DNA of 64,000 nt from the human T2T-CHM13v2.0 reference genome, Homo sapiens (GCF_009914755.1 NC_060933.1), one strand, 5' to 3'. Shown: positions 47,701-62,932, numbered from the stretch's first letter. A program made the numbers and translations. Notes: a model not told the origin generated them from the letters alone.

Positions 47701-48670
47701 GTATGCACTCAATTATTTAGCTCACCATCCAACAAATTTAATAAAAAACTGTTTGATAAGCTTATTCTAGAAATTTTTTCGGCAAAGGAGTAAGAAGATT
47801 TTTAGTGCTAAGCGATCCTCTGATCCCTGTACTATTTTGTATCCTAGAATTTTAACTGAGGTCTAGAAAATACTTCTCTCAATTGTGAGCTTCTGATTCT
47901 AAGCCTTCAGTGTAAAGTTGCACAATTGCATCTTGAAATTTTTGTGTTAAGTAAATATTTCAGATTAAAGTAGATAGCAAATATAAATCAACAGATCTTG
48001 TACTTCTGTGACTAAGAAAATATTTACAGAACACAAATAATTCTGAATGCAAGTATTATTTATAACTTTATTAGTTAAAACATGTTGATCCTATTTGTGT
48101 TGCTATCCTTGATGTGAGAGTTATTTACTGGGAAGCAAGTAGATTTTATTTTGGAGTCCAATTTGTTTGTTTGCTGAAATGTCTATAGCCACCTAACTAT
48201 ATATTTATAAAGACAGTAGTGGTACTCTTTCATCTTGGGTTTACCATTTTCTTATAGATATCCTGGTCTATCATTTTCTCAATCACATGCATAGTTTGGG
48301 CATATGATAGTTCTTAACTCTAATTCTATTTGGAATAAAATTGACTCTAAATTTCATGTGCTTTCTCCCCTGAAATCTTTATTTTTTCATCATTAAAAGA
48401 AAGTACAACTTGAGATTTTTATAATCAGATTATTTTTAGTAAGAATACAATTTGCCTTGCAGTATTTGAAAAAATAAAATGGAACTGTATTTTGTAACAA
48501 TTTCCCAAACCTTATCAGTTCTATCATTTCTAATTAGTACGTATATAAAATTTTTGCAGAAAATTTGTTAAACTTTGATGTGTAATGACCCAAGTCTACT
48601 TCTCAGTCAGTCTGTATTCTTCTTTGTTTAATAGCCTATGGCATAAATTGAAGTTAATTATCAGGGCTGA

Positions 48671-48847
<177 letters not shown>

Positions 48848-50729
48848 TGAGCATTTGGACCTTGGGGAGATCACTTAAAACAGACAAAAGATCAATTCTT
48901 ACTTTCATGCTCCGGGTTTTAGCCCTGGATAATACAGTGTTAGAAAACAAAAGTACAGCTGTCTTTCTTTGAAATTCTCTGATATATCCTCAAAAAAGAA
49001 AAACTCTTAACATACTAAATGTATATTTTATTGAGAAACCTCAGAAAAGTATAAGCTTCTATGTAACCTCTAATTATGCTTATTTTGGGCTCTGTTATAG
49101 TGTTACATGTTAGAAACTATGTTTTATTAATGTGAAATGTAAGACTCTAAAAGTTTTGCATAGTATCTTCTGTTATACATTCCTATTCTCTTCTGCTCCA
49201 CTGTCTCCGAAATTTTGTTCTGCATATATTATTATATACTAATATTGCGAGTAATATTTCCATAAAGAAATGTTAGCATACAATCAGCATGTGTATCATA
49301 GCATTTAAAAAATACAATAAAACATATTGACCATGGAAAACTCATTTAATTTTTATAGCTGTATATTCTAATATTTTAAGTAGAAAAATATAGTTTTCAG
49401 AGTAGACCACTATGTAAATGTGATGAAAGTGTTTTTCCTTTTTTATTTTAAACCAGGTAATCAAGTTGACATACATTATGAAGTTCACATTGAACAGTTC
49501 TCTTGGGCATTTTTATTTGTTCCTCATATCAAATTTCATGGAATACTTTAAAGACAGTTCTTTGTACAACAGCATGGCTTAAAGAAAATCTATTTTCAAG
49601 GAGTAAAGAAACATCTAATTTTGATAAACGCAGTGTTTTCTAAATTTAGAATTCTGAATTTCTTTACTTGCAAAAATATACGTTAAATATTTTTTGAGAC
49701 AAACTCTTAAACATAAAATATCGTCAGATATGAATATAGTCTGTAAACTGCAGAATGTATATAAATCACTGAACAAGGAATCCACAATCTTAGGATATTC
49801 ATAAGCTTTGCCACAGGGTTTGTGACATTGCTCAAACATAATGAAAACATGAATTGACACAAGGCCAAAATGTTGGCATGTTTGAATAACCACTGATAAT
49901 TTTTTGGAAAATTGTAAAGCTATGTAACATTGCACCACCATCTGAGGTGTATGTTTTTGTCATTTTTTAAAATATAAGTTTGACTAAATCAGTTTTTGTT
50001 GTTATTGTTCACTCCCAGTTTCATCATGTCAAATGAGAGGCTTAGCCCAGGTAATTTCCAGTGAGTCTTATAGCACTGAGAAAATTCTGAGATGAATGAA
50101 AATAGGCTTATAAGACCTCCAGATTCAAATTGTATTTTCAAAACATTGCTGTTAATTCAGTGTTTTGACATGTCTATGATCTGTGACCACGGGCACATGT
50201 TTTTATAAATCTAAAGAAAGCTAATTTGAAATCTGGAGACTAATACATTATTTACAGTTTTAAATTTCAATTTACAATTAGATTTTTATCTTCATTATTT
50301 TCATTCAAACTTTTTATTTCATTATGAAGGCTAAATTCAATATACTAGGCTGATAGGAGAAACTAGTAACTTTGCATATTCCTAGACAAGTCACAGAAGA
50401 GTTTTCTGTGTAATTATTATAGCATAAAAAGAATGTGTGGAAAGGAAAATACTATTTTGCATAGCATGGTCATTTATTATATATCCCCATCACTAAGATT
50501 TTTTAAGTCTTTTTCATTAGAAATAAAAGAATAAAGTTTTACCATTTACAGCACATTTTAAATGATCAATAATGTAATTGTGATTTTTTTCTTTGTTTTT
50601 CACTTTTTTACCTTTTTATTCTCCCCCACCCCAATTTAGGACAGGCAACAAAATTTAAGATATTAGTTAAATGTGGAAATATATCAGTGAATATGGTTAG
50701 TTTTTATAGTTTTAAAAGGAGAACAATGA

Positions 50730-50773
50730 ATTAAAAAATCAAAATTTAAAAAGTTAAAATAAATTAAAAAAAT
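50730..50773 (+). mobile_element. Poly(A)-only (extremely 5'-truncated) retro-insertion with 16-bp TSD
   Basis: 44-nt A-rich insert between aaaaggagaacaatga (50714-50729) and aaaaggagaacagtga (50774-50789), at a tttt|aaaa L1 endonuclease site. Confidence 0.65.
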
Positions 50774-50874
50774 AAAAGGAGAACAGTGATATCAGACCCT
50801 TATTTTTTAATACCAGTGACTTATACTAAAATGTGTAACAGTTGTAGTAAGGTTTGAGTTTTACTAACACTTAA

Positions 50875-50985
<111 letters not shown>

Positions 50986-53594
50986 TGACACCTAGTCATT
51001 ATTTTTATTAGCCACAAAGTACTTTCATTGATTTTGAAAGTTAAAAAAATAAATTAACAAAAAGATGCTTTGTAGATGACTGGAAATTTCCATTACATGG
51101 TGCTATATTGCATGCTTTTTTTCAGAATTCACTTTATATATCTATAAAACTATGAAAATAGTGGTTTCCCCAAACTGGTGTAATTGCACTAGGAATTATT
51201 TGCGGTCTTTGCTGAACAAAGCAGAGGTCATTAAGATCCTTATATGTCTCATAATGATAAAATGTTTTACCACAGTGTCTAACCTCTTACCACTCTTAAA
51301 CCAACGGTCCTATATATATATGTATATAGAGAAATATATATTTTATTTAGTAATACTCATATATATAAACTAGGTAGTAATGTTATTCAAATTGAAATTT
51401 TCTTTCTTGTAAGAATATATTCTTAAAGTAGAAATTTAATTATTTAATATATTCTATTGTTTTCAAATTTGATTACTCCTGTATGATAAACTCTGAGTGT
51501 TAATTTGTAGTGATGAACAGCATAATAAAAGTATTATGATACTAGTAAAAACATAATATATTTATTGACCATGTATTTTGTTAGCACTCCACTCTGCATT
51601 GAAAGATGTGTTCATTATTTCATCATTCAAAAGTAGAGAAACATTGTTTATGTGTTTCTGCTACTGTCTGAAAGGCAAATTATTAGAAATGCAAACATTA
51701 AGTACTTTAAAGATACATGGAATTTATGAATGAATCACATTTAGAATAACCTTGTGAATCAATTTTTTATATAATATCATTTTATAAGTCACTTAAAATA
51801 CCCTAAAACTAACCTTTTGAAGGGCATATTAAATAAAATTAGCAAACTAATAGTTAATGCATTTTAACATTTTAAAAACAATGGGCCCCTGTATTCTTTT
51901 ATATTTTGACAGTGACCAGCATTATTTCATGTCAACAAAAGTATTTTGAAAAAAAAATAATCTGAGTGCTATTTCCTAAGCTTCTTTGAAATTATTATTT
52001 CTCCCCCTTCCCATTTAAAAAAGTTTAGCTAGTCAGTATAGTTTAAATATAGTCACATTAAAGTCATATGTGCCACAAATCTGAAATTTAGATTTGCAGT
52101 GAAAGAGACATCTTTGTTATGTTTTTTTGAACTTGGTGGATAGAAAAGTCAATTACGTCATATACATGGCATACCCTTTTATATAGTTAATGTTGACTTT
52201 GAAATCCAGTTGGTTTTTCATCATCCCAGTTGGAGAAAAAAAGAGTTAGATAGCAGCTAACTTGGGGAATGAACTTCGACGTCAGGGAAAAACCATCACC
52301 AATATGAAATGTAAGTGTTGTACCTTCTTCTTTTCTTATGAAAATGGCAAAATATATCGTTTAAATATAATAAAGACTGACTGCAACAGGATGATTATAA
52401 TCATACAGTTCTTCAGTTGTAGTTCATCTTTTGATTTTTGTGTCATATGGAAAGAAAGCTGTCTGTAAATCTGGTCTATAGCCATTGTAGATTTGCTTTT
52501 GCTTTATGGCTTTTCCTCTCTTCAGATTTAGTAGTTAATTATTTTGATTTATGTCTTTAGAAAATTCTATTAATATAGTGGCTTTAAAGTTATGAATTAC
52601 TTTTCAAGCTTGTAGTGAAAACTTAGGAAAGATAATTGGGGATAATTCTGTTTTCTGTGAGGTATGAGTGAGAATGAATGAGTGATAAGGAGGTGGCCCA
52701 GAGAGTCCTCTGAAAGTCTCAGGAAGATGCAGGCCCACCTGTCTTCGTGCCAGAGTTCAATAGGTTTATTTTTCTGGCCACCTTGGACTTTCCATTGGCA
52801 TTTTGCTGTCTTTGATGAAACAAAGAGTAGTATGGAAGGAGGGTCCAGGCTCTTTCATGGGATGGTAAAAATGGATATGGATACATCCAAACTCTTTAAC
52901 GAAGTTTACTGTGCACGGTAAAATAGTATCACTATTTATATTTCTTACTGTTTTAAACACGTGTGTTTTCAAGGTTTGTACCATTCATTCTAGAATAAAA
53001 CTAAGTCTTACCCGCTGAGTTGAATTTTAATACTAACTTCTGACACAATAATCAAATAGAAGAAAGAACTTGTTTTCCTGCAGACGTTATTTCTTTTCTT
53101 GGATGTTAAGGAACTTAACCTGAACATATTTGTTCTTAGGAAAAACAATTACATTTTATTTATACTTGTTAGTTTTTAAGCAACATATTTCATTCAACTT
53201 TTCAAATACTACAACTATATTACACAGAACAGTTGATTAGATATTATTTTCAAAATTCCATTGGGGACTGATAACTACTATTTAATAAGGAAGGTCAGTC
53301 ATTTCAGTTAAAAACATATAGTTTTTTTTCAAAGAAATGTAAATTTTATATTAATTTCATTTAGATATATATTTTTATTTATGCCAGTTTTTAATGTAGG
53401 TCAGAAGTTAATTTTAAAAGACACTCTTTTGGGGGGGCAATTTCAAGTTATTGGAGATAAGAAAAATAAGAACGAGAAGAAACAAAATCATCATAACTTT
53501 TCATGAGGTACATTTTTTAAAACACACCCTTCTCTCTTGAGTTGAAATTTTGGCCGCTTTTTATTTTTTTTGAAAATCCAAAACTGTTGAACTT

Positions 53595-56500
53595 CTTTTG
53601 AAAACAACTCACCAGTTTAACCATTTTAAAGTGCACAGTTCAGTGGTTTTCAGTATGTGCACCCATCACAACTAATTCTGGAACATTTACATCACTGCAA
53701 AAGAAACCCAGTACCCAAGAAGCAATTATTTCTTATATCCCTTTCCCCTACATCCTGGCAAACACTGACCTGCCTTCTGTCTCTATGGATTTTTCTGTTC
53801 TGGACATTTAATGTAAATGGAATAATACAATATGTGATTTTAGATGTCTGGCTTCTTTCATTTAGCATAATTTATTCAAGGGTCATTCATCTTGTGGCGT
53901 GTATTGATACATCATACCCTTTTATGGCTGAATAATATGCCATTGTATAGTTATACCACATTTTGTTTATGCATTCATCAGCTGATAGACACTGGGTTGT
54001 TTCCACTTCTTGGTTATTATGAATAGTGAATGCTGCTGTGAAATTTTGTGTAAAAATTTTTGTTTGAAGGTCTGTTTTCACTTCTCTTGGGTATGTAGCT
54101 AGGAGTGGAACTGCTGGATCAAATAATAATACCATGATAACTTTCTGAGGAACCACAACTGTTTTCCACAGTTGCTGCACCATTTTAAATCTCCACCATT
54201 ATGGATAAGCATTCTTATTTTTCCACATCCTTGCTCACACTTGTTAGTTTCAATTTTTGTTAATGGCCATCCTAGTGACTACTATGTAGTATCTCACTAT
54301 GGTTTTGATTTGTATTTTCCTAATGACTAACAATGTTGAACATGTTTTCATGTGATTATTGATTATTTGTTTGTCTTCTCTGGAGAAATGTCTCTTCACA
54401 TCCTTTGCCCGTTTTTAAATTGGGTTGATTGTCTTTTTGTTGTTGACTTTTAAGAGTTCTTTGCATATTCTGGATACTAGAATCTTATTATATATATGAA
54501 TTGAAAACATTTTCTCCCATCCTGTAGGTTGTCTTTTTACCTTCTATTTAAATAGTGTCCTTTCATGAACAGAAGTTTTAGAATTTGATGAAATCTAATT
54601 TTTTTCTTGCTGCTGCTTATGTGTTTGGCCTCATATCTAATAATCCATGTCCAAATGCAAAGTCGTGAAGCTTTCCCCTCTGTTTTCTTCTAAGAATTGT
54701 ATAGTTTTAGCTCTCATATTTAGGTCTTCAGTCCATATAGAATTGATTTTATATATTCTATCATGTAAAGGCCCAACTTCATTTTTTTATATGGCAATCC
54801 AATTATTCCAGCACCATTTGTTGAAAAGGATGTTCTTTTCCCATTGAATGATCATGTTGAATCATTCATACTCCTGTTGAAAATCAGTTGACTATAGATG
54901 TATAGGTTTATTTCTGGACTCTCAATTCTGTTCCATTGAATTGTATGTCTCTCTTCATATCAGTACCGTAAGTTTTGATGACGATGTTTTCTATTAAGTT
55001 TTGAAATTGAGAAATGTGAGATTTCTAGATCTCAAGATTGTTTTGACTATTCAAGTTCTCTCATAAAATTCCATGTGAATTTTGGGATCAGCTTGTCCAT
55101 TTCTGCAAAAGAAGGCAATGGAATTTTGAAAGCTGCTATGTTGAATTTGTAGATCAATTTGGGGAGTATTGTCATCTTAACAAAATATTAAGTCTTGCAA
55201 TTCATGAACATAGAATGCCTTTCTACTTATTTAGATCTTCTTTAATTTCTCTCAAAAGATGTTTTGTGGTTTTCAGTGTATAAGTTAAGCATCTTCTTGG
55301 TTAAGTTTATTCTTAAGTATTTTATAATTTGCAATGCTATTTTAAATGGAACTGTTTTCTTAAGTCTAATTTTTTATTCTTAATTGCTGGTGTGCAGAAA
55401 AGTACAACTGATTTTTGTATGTTTATCTTTTTGTATGTTCATCTTTTCTCCTGTAACTGCTGAATTTATTAGCTCTAGTAGTTTTTGTATGCATGTATAG
55501 CTTCTTTAGGATTTTCTACATGTAAGATTATGTTATCTATGAATATAGTTTTACTTAGTTCTTTCTAATTTGGATGCCTTTAGTTTCTTTTTCTTATCTA
55601 ATTATCTGGCTAGAACATCCAGTATGGTGTTGAATAGACATGTTGAGAGCAGACATGTTTGTTTTCTTCTTAATCTTAAGGGGAAAGTTTTTGGTCTTAC
55701 ACCATTAAGCATGATATTAGCTGTGGGTTTTTTCATAGATCCTCTTTATCAGTTTGAGAAAGTGCTCTTCCTTTCCTGGTTTTTTGAGTGTTTTTATGAA
55801 AAGGAATTCAGTTTTGTCAAATGCTTTTCTTTTTCTGCATCAGTTGAGATGATCATGTTGTGCCTCGCCTCCTTCATCCTACTGATGTTTTGTACTACCT
55901 AACATGATTTATGTATGTTGAACACCATTGTGTTCCTGAGATAAATCTCACTTGGTTATGGTGTATGATCTTTTGAATATGCTGCTAGGTTTGGTTTGCT
56001 AGGTTTTTTTTTTTTTTTTGAGGGTTATTGCATCTAAATTCATAGGACATATTGGTCTGTAGTTTTCTTGTGATATCTTTGTCGGGCTTTAGGATCAGAG
56101 TAATACTGATCTCATAGAATAGGTTAGGAGATGCTCCCTCCTCTTCATTTTTTTTCAAGAATTTGAGAGAGATTAGTGTTAATTCTTTAAACATTTGGCA
56201 GAATTCATCAGTGAAACTTTCTGGGCCTGGACTTTTCTTATCTGGAAGTTTTTTGATACTGATTCATTCTTTTCTCGTTATAGATTTCAGATTTTGTGTT
56301 TCTTTTTCAGTCAGTGTTGGTAGTTTGTGTGTTTCTAGGAATTCATCTATTTTATCTAAGTTATGTGACTTGTTGATATCCCATTGCTCATTTTCTTATA
56401 ATTGTTTTTATTTCTGTAAGGTTAGTAGTAATGTCCTCATTTTTATTTCTGATTTTAGTAATTTAGTAACTTTTCTCTTGGTCAGTCTAGGTAAGGCATG

Positions 56501-58152
56501 CCAATATTATTTGTCTTTTTAAGGGTCCAACTTTTGGTTTCCTTGATTTGCTCCATTGTTTTTCTGTTCTCTATTTTGTATTATCTCTGCTCTAAAACAT
56601 TATTATTTCTCCCTTCTGTTTGCTTTGGGTTTAGTTTGCGCTCTCTGTCTCTCTCTTAACTGCTCCAAGCTGGAAGGTTAGGTTATTGATTTGAGATCTT
56701 TCTTCTTTTTTAATGTAGACATTTACAGCTATAGATTTCTGTCTGATGCAGCTTAAACTGCATCCCAGAAGTTTTGGTTTATTATTTTTTTATATTCATC
56801 TATTTCAAAATATTTTCTAATTTCTATGATTTCTTCATTGACTTGTTATTTAAGAGTGAGCTGATAATTTCTGAATATTTGGAAATTTTCCACACTTTAT
56901 TTTTGCTATGGAGTTATACTTTAATTTTATATGGATTAAATACTTCATTTGATTTCTATCCTTTTTAAGTTTGTTAAAGTTCGTTGTATGCTCCAATATA
57001 TGGTCTGTCTTGCTGAAAGTTAAATGTGCATTTTAAAAGAATATGTATTCTTTTGTTAGGTAGACTGTTCTATGTATGTCTGTTATGTCTAGTGGGTTTA
57101 TGTTGTTCAAGTCTTCTAAATCCTTGATTGTCTTTTGTCTGGGTGTCCTATTCATTAGTGAAAGTATGATGTCAAAGTCTCCAAATGTTATTGTTGAACT
57201 CTTTTTCCTCTTCAACTTGGTCAGTTTTGCTTCATATATTTTGAGATTATGTGGAAATTGTTATATCTTCTTGATGGATTGACTCTTTTATCATTATATT
57301 ATCTTTGTTTCTTGCAACAATTTTGACTTTAAAGTCTTTCGTCTGATATTAGTGTAGGCGCTCCAGCTCTCTTGGTTACTGTTTGCGTGGGCTATCTTTT
57401 TCTGTCTTTTCACTTTTAACCTATTGGTGTCTTTGTATCTAAGATGAGTCTGTTATAGACAGTGTAAAATGAATCACGTTTTGAAAAACATTCATTTTGC
57501 TAACTTCTGACTTTCAATTGGATATTTAAATCAATTTACATTTAACGTAATTGTGATAAGGAAGGACTTCTGCCATTTTTTTCTGCATGTGTTATATCTG
57601 TTTTGTTCCTCAGTTCTTCTACGATTCCTTCTTGTCTGCATTAGATAGATCTTTGGTAGTGTACCATTTTTTATTCCCTTCTCTTTTATTTTACTATACA
57701 TTTTTAGTTGTTTTCTTAGTGTTACCCTTGGTGATTATAATTAACATCTTAATTCAAAACAATCTTGTTTGAATTAATGCCAACGTAGTGCCAATTATGT
57801 TTAAAAAATTTTGCTCTTAAATAGCTTCATCCTTTCTCTTCATGTTGTTACAAATTACATTCTTATATATTGTGTGCCCGTCAACATAGTTTATAATGAT
57901 TGTTTTATATAGTTGTCTTTTAAATCTATAGAAGAAAAAGAGGAGTTACAAACCAAACATACATTAATACTGACTTTTATATTTCCCTACGTAGTTACCT
58001 TTGCTGGTGTTCCTTATTTTTTCATGTGAATTTGAGTTACTGTCTAGTATCCTTTCATTTCAGGACTCCCTTTAGCATTTCTTATTGGGCAGATCTAGTG
58101 GTGAACTCCCTTAGCTTCTGTTTATCTTGGAATGTCTTAATTTCTCCTTCGT
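53595..58152 (-). mobile_element. Old L1MB-like LINE-1 (3' UTR through ORF2 into the end of ORF1)
   Basis: 3' end ttaaccattttaaagtgcacagttcagtgg...aaagaaacccagtacc. ORF2-like fragments at 53887..54183, 55985..56194 and 57033..57215(-) (GDF endonuclease motif). Confidence 0.85.
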
Positions 58153-59426
58153 TAGAAAAAATTTTAATTTTATTGTGGTAAGAACACTTAATCTAAGATC
58201 TAGCCTCTTAATGGATTTTTCGTATGCAATACAATATTGTTAACCACAGGTACAATGTTATAAGGCAGACTTTCAGAACTTATCCATCTGGCATAACTGA
58301 AGCTTTATACCTATTTATTAACAACTCCCCACTTCTCCCTCCCTGACCCCAGCCCCTGGTAACCACCATTCTACTCTCCGTTTCCATGAGTTCGACTATT
58401 TTAGATACGTCATATAAGTGGAATTATGTGGTATTTGTTCTGTGAATGGTTTATTTCACTTAGTATAATGTCCTCAAGGTTCATCCATTTTGTTGTATTT
58501 CATAAGATTTCCTTCTTTTAAAAGGCTGATTATTTCCTTCCTTTGAAAACCTGAGTAATATTTTATTGTATGTTTATACCATATTTTATGTATCCATTTG
58601 TCTCTCAATAGACATTTAGGTTGTTTCCAGATCTTGGCTATTATAAATAGTACTGAAGTGAACTTGGGAGTGTATATATTTCTTAGAGATTCTTATTGCC
58701 CTTCTTTTAGATAAATACCCAGAAGTGGTTGCTGAATCATATGTGGTAGTTCTAATTTTAACTTTTTGTGAAATCTCCATACTTTTTTTCCAGAGCATCT
58801 GCACCACTTTACATTCCTTTGCTGTTGTGTACATGGGTTCCAGTTTCTCCACATCTTTGCCAATCCTTGTCTTTTAAAAAAATTTTTTGTAATAGTCATC
58901 CTAATAGGTATGAGGTGATACCTCATTGTGGTTTTGATTTTTATTTCCTTGATGATAGTGACATTGAGGATGTTTTCATATACCTGTTTGACCATTTGTA
59001 TGTCTTCTTTGGATAAATGTATATTCAAGTTCTTAGCCCATTTTAAAATGAGGTTATTAGTTTCTTTTTGCTATTAAGTTGTATAGAGTTTAGAAATTAA
59101 CCTCTTAAATTTTAGAAATTAAAACCCTCATGTGGTTTGCAAGTATTTTCTCTTATCCCACAGGTTGCCTTTTCATTATGTTGATTATTATTATTATTAT
59201 TTTTTGCTAGGCAGAAGCTTTTTCATTTGATGTAGTTTCACTTGTCTGTTTTCATTTTTGTTTCTTGTGCTTTTAGTGTCATATCCATGAAATCGTTGCA
59301 AAGGCTAATGTCATGAAGTTTCTCCTCTATGTCTTGTTCTAGGAAATTTATAGTTGTAAGTCTTATGTTTAAGTCTTTAATCCATTGTAAATAGATTTTT
59401 TTAAATATGGTGTAAGGTAGGCTCCA

Positions 59427-59722
59427 TTTTTTCTTTCTTTAGACAAAGTTCTGCTCTGTCGCTAAGGCTGGAGTACAGTGGCGTGATCTCGGCTCACTGC
59501 AACCTCTGCCTCCTGGGTTCAAGTGATTCTCGTTCCTCAACCTCCTAAGTAGCTGGAACTACAGTAATACACCACCATGACCGGCTAATTTTTATATTTT
59601 TAATAGAGGTGGAGTTTCACCATGTTGGCCAGGCTGGTCTTGAACTCCTGTCCTCAAGTTATCCACCCCACCTCGGCCTCAGAAAGTGCTGGGATTACAG
59701 GCATGAGCCACCGTGCCTGGCC
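59427..59722 (-). mobile_element. AluS-like SINE
   Basis: Full antisense dimer ending gtgcctggcc. Confidence 0.9.
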
Positions 59723-59933
59723 CAGTTTCATTCTTTAGCAAGTGATATCTGGTTTTCCCAACACTCTTTGTTGAAGGAAACTATCCTTTCCCCATTGTGT
59801 CTTCTTTGCACTCTTGTCAAGGATCAATTGACCATATATGTGTGGATTTATTTCTGGGCTTTCTATTTTGTTCCATAGAACTCTATGTCTGTTTCTCTGC
59901 CAATACCATACTGTTTTAATTACTATAGTTTTG

Positions 59934-60016
59934 ATATATATATATGTATATATGCATATGTGTGTATATATGTAGATGTGTATATATATGTATATATGTA
60001 TGCATATGTATATATG
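59934..60016. repeat. (TA/TG)n compound microsatellite abutting an Alu tail
   Basis: atatatatatatgtatatatgcatatgtgtgtatata... read directly. Confidence 0.9.
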
Positions 60017-60317
60017 TTTTTTATTTTTATTTTTGAGAGGGAGTCTTACTCTTTTGCCCAGGCTGGAGTGCAGTGGCATGATCTTGGCTCACTGTAGCCT
60101 TCCCCTCCTGGGTTCAATCAATTCTCCCGCCTCAGCCTCCTGAGTAGCTGGGACTATAGGCACACACCACCATGCCTGGCTAATTTTTTTGTATTTTTAG
60201 TAGAGATGGGGTTTCACCATGTTGGCCAGGCTGGTCTCAAACTCCTGAGCACAGGTGATCCACGTCCTTGGCCTCCCAAAGTGCTGGGATTACAGGCATG
60301 AGCCACTGCATCCAGCC
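60017..60317 (-). mobile_element. Alu (S/Jb-like)
   Basis: Full antisense dimer ending gcatccagcc. Confidence 0.9.
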
Positions 60318-61578
60318 ATCTTTGTAATGTATTTTGAAATCAGAAAGTGTGAGGCCTCCAGCTTGGCCCTGATTTTTCAAGCTCTTTTTGGCTATTTGAG
60401 GCAGTTTCTGGTTGCATATGAAGTTTAGAATTGCTTTTTCTATTTCTGCAAAAATGCCACTGGGATTCTGATAGGGATTACATTGAATCTGTAAATCACT
60501 TTGGGTAGTATGAACATTTTAACAATAATAAGTCTTCCAATTCATGAACACAATGTTTTTTCATTTGTTGTATTTTTAATTTCTTTTGCCAATATTTTAT
60601 ACTTTTTAGTGTACAAGTCTTTCACCTCTGTTAATTTGTAAGTATTTTATTCTTTTTGATGTGGTTATAAGTGTGATTTTTTTTAGTGTTTACCTTGGTG
60701 TTTACAATTAACATCTTAATTCATAACAATCTAGTTTGAATTAATACTGAACTAGGATGTTCCATACGTAAGGAATACTCATCTATTCTAAAGGGGTTTC
60801 TATGTAGAAGATCACGTCATCTGTAATCAGGGACAGTTTTACTTCTTCCTTTTCTGTTTGGATGCCTATTACTTATTTTTCTTGCCAAATCACGCTTGCT
60901 AGGACATTCAGTGATATGTTGAATACAAGTGGTAGAAGCAGACATCCTTACCTTGTTCATGATTTTAGAGGAAAAGCTTTAAGTTTTTAATCATTGAGTA
61001 TGATATTAGCTGTGAACTCTACATATATGGCCTTTGGTGTGTTCAGCTACTTTTCTTCTATTCCTAGTTTGTTGAGAATTTTTATCATGAAAGGCTATTG
61101 AATTTTTATCAATTTTATCAAATGCTTTTTATGCATCTATTGATTGTGTGAATTTTGTCCTTCATTCTGTTAATGTTATGTATCATAATTGATTTTTGTA
61201 TGTTGAACCATTCTTACATCCCAGGGATAAATCCCACTTTGTAATGGCGCCTAATCCTTTAATTGTGCTTTTGAATTCAGTTGCTAATATTTTGTTGAGG
61301 ATTTTTAGATCTATATTCATCAGGGATATTGGCCTGTAGCTTTTTTTTTCTTGTGATGTCTTTGTCTGGCTTTGGTATCAGGAAGATGCTGGTCTCATAA
61401 AATATATTTCGAAGTTTTCCCTCCTTTTCAAATTTTTTGGAGGAGTTTGAAAATCATTAACATTAATTATTTAATTGTTTTATAGAATTCATCAGTAAAG
61501 CCACCTGGTCCTGGGCTTTTCTTTGTCAGAAGATTTTTGATTACTGAGTCAATCTCCTTACTATTGTTCAAGATTTTC

Positions 61579-61963
<385 letters not shown>

Positions 61964-62931
61964 TCTGTTCAAGACTTTCTATTTTTTTTTTTTAATCATT
62001 CAGTCTTGTTAGGTTGCATGTTTCTTAGAATTTATCCGTTTCTTCTAGATTATCTACTATATTGCATATAATTGTTCATAGTAGTCTCTCATGATTCTTT
62101 TTATTTCTGTGGTATCAGTTATAATTTGTCCTTTTTGTGTTTTTTTTTAGTTTTATCTTTTTTGCTTAGTCTTACTAAAGGTTTGTAAATTTCGTCTTTT
62201 CAAAATATAAACTCTTAGTTTTACTGATTTTCTCTATTGTGTTTTTCTGTTCTTTATTCTTTTCCTGTTCTAATCTTTATTATTTCCTTCCTTCTGCTAA
62301 TTTTGGGTTTAGTTTGTTCTTCTTCTCGTTTGTTGAGGTGCCAAATTAAATCGTTTATGTGACATCTTTCTTTTTTTTAATGTAGGTGTTTACTGCTGTA
62401 TGTTTCCCCTTACTACTGCTTTCACTGAGTCTCTTAAGTTTTGATATGTTGTATTTCATTTTCATTTTGTCTCAAGATATTTTCTAACTTTCCTAATGAT
62501 TTCTTTCTTATGCCGCTGGTTGTTCAAAAATTTATTTCTATATATTGTGAATTTTCCAGTTTTTCTTCTATACTTTGTTTCTGGTTTCATTTCATTATAG
62601 TCAGAAAAGAAACTTGGTATGATTTTAATATTCTTAAATCTATTAAGACTTGTTTTGACACCTAACATATGATATATCCTGGAAAATGACGTGTGTACAC
62701 TTGAGAAGAATGCGTGTTCTGCTGCTGTATACTGGAACGGTCTACGTATGTTCATTAGGTTCATTTGGTCTATAGTGTTGTTTGTGTTTGCTATTTCTTT
62801 TTCTGACTGGTTGTTCTCCCCGTTATTGGAAGTGGGGTAATGAAGTCTCCTACTATTATTGTGTTGCTGTCTATATTCCCTTCAGTTCTGCCAATGTTTG
62901 TTTTATATATTTAGGTGCTCTGTTGTTAGGG

Positions 62932-62932
<1 letters not shown>

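Noticed and set aside
47638-47789. Possible exon after the strong acceptor tttgtttattctttactAG
   Set aside because: Early stop and only a weak donor (GGA|GTAAGA); not distinguishable from a pseudo-exon.
49441-49462. CAG|GTAATC recursive-like motif
   Set aside because: It lies in a 2-kb intron where recursive splicing is not expected; likely chance.
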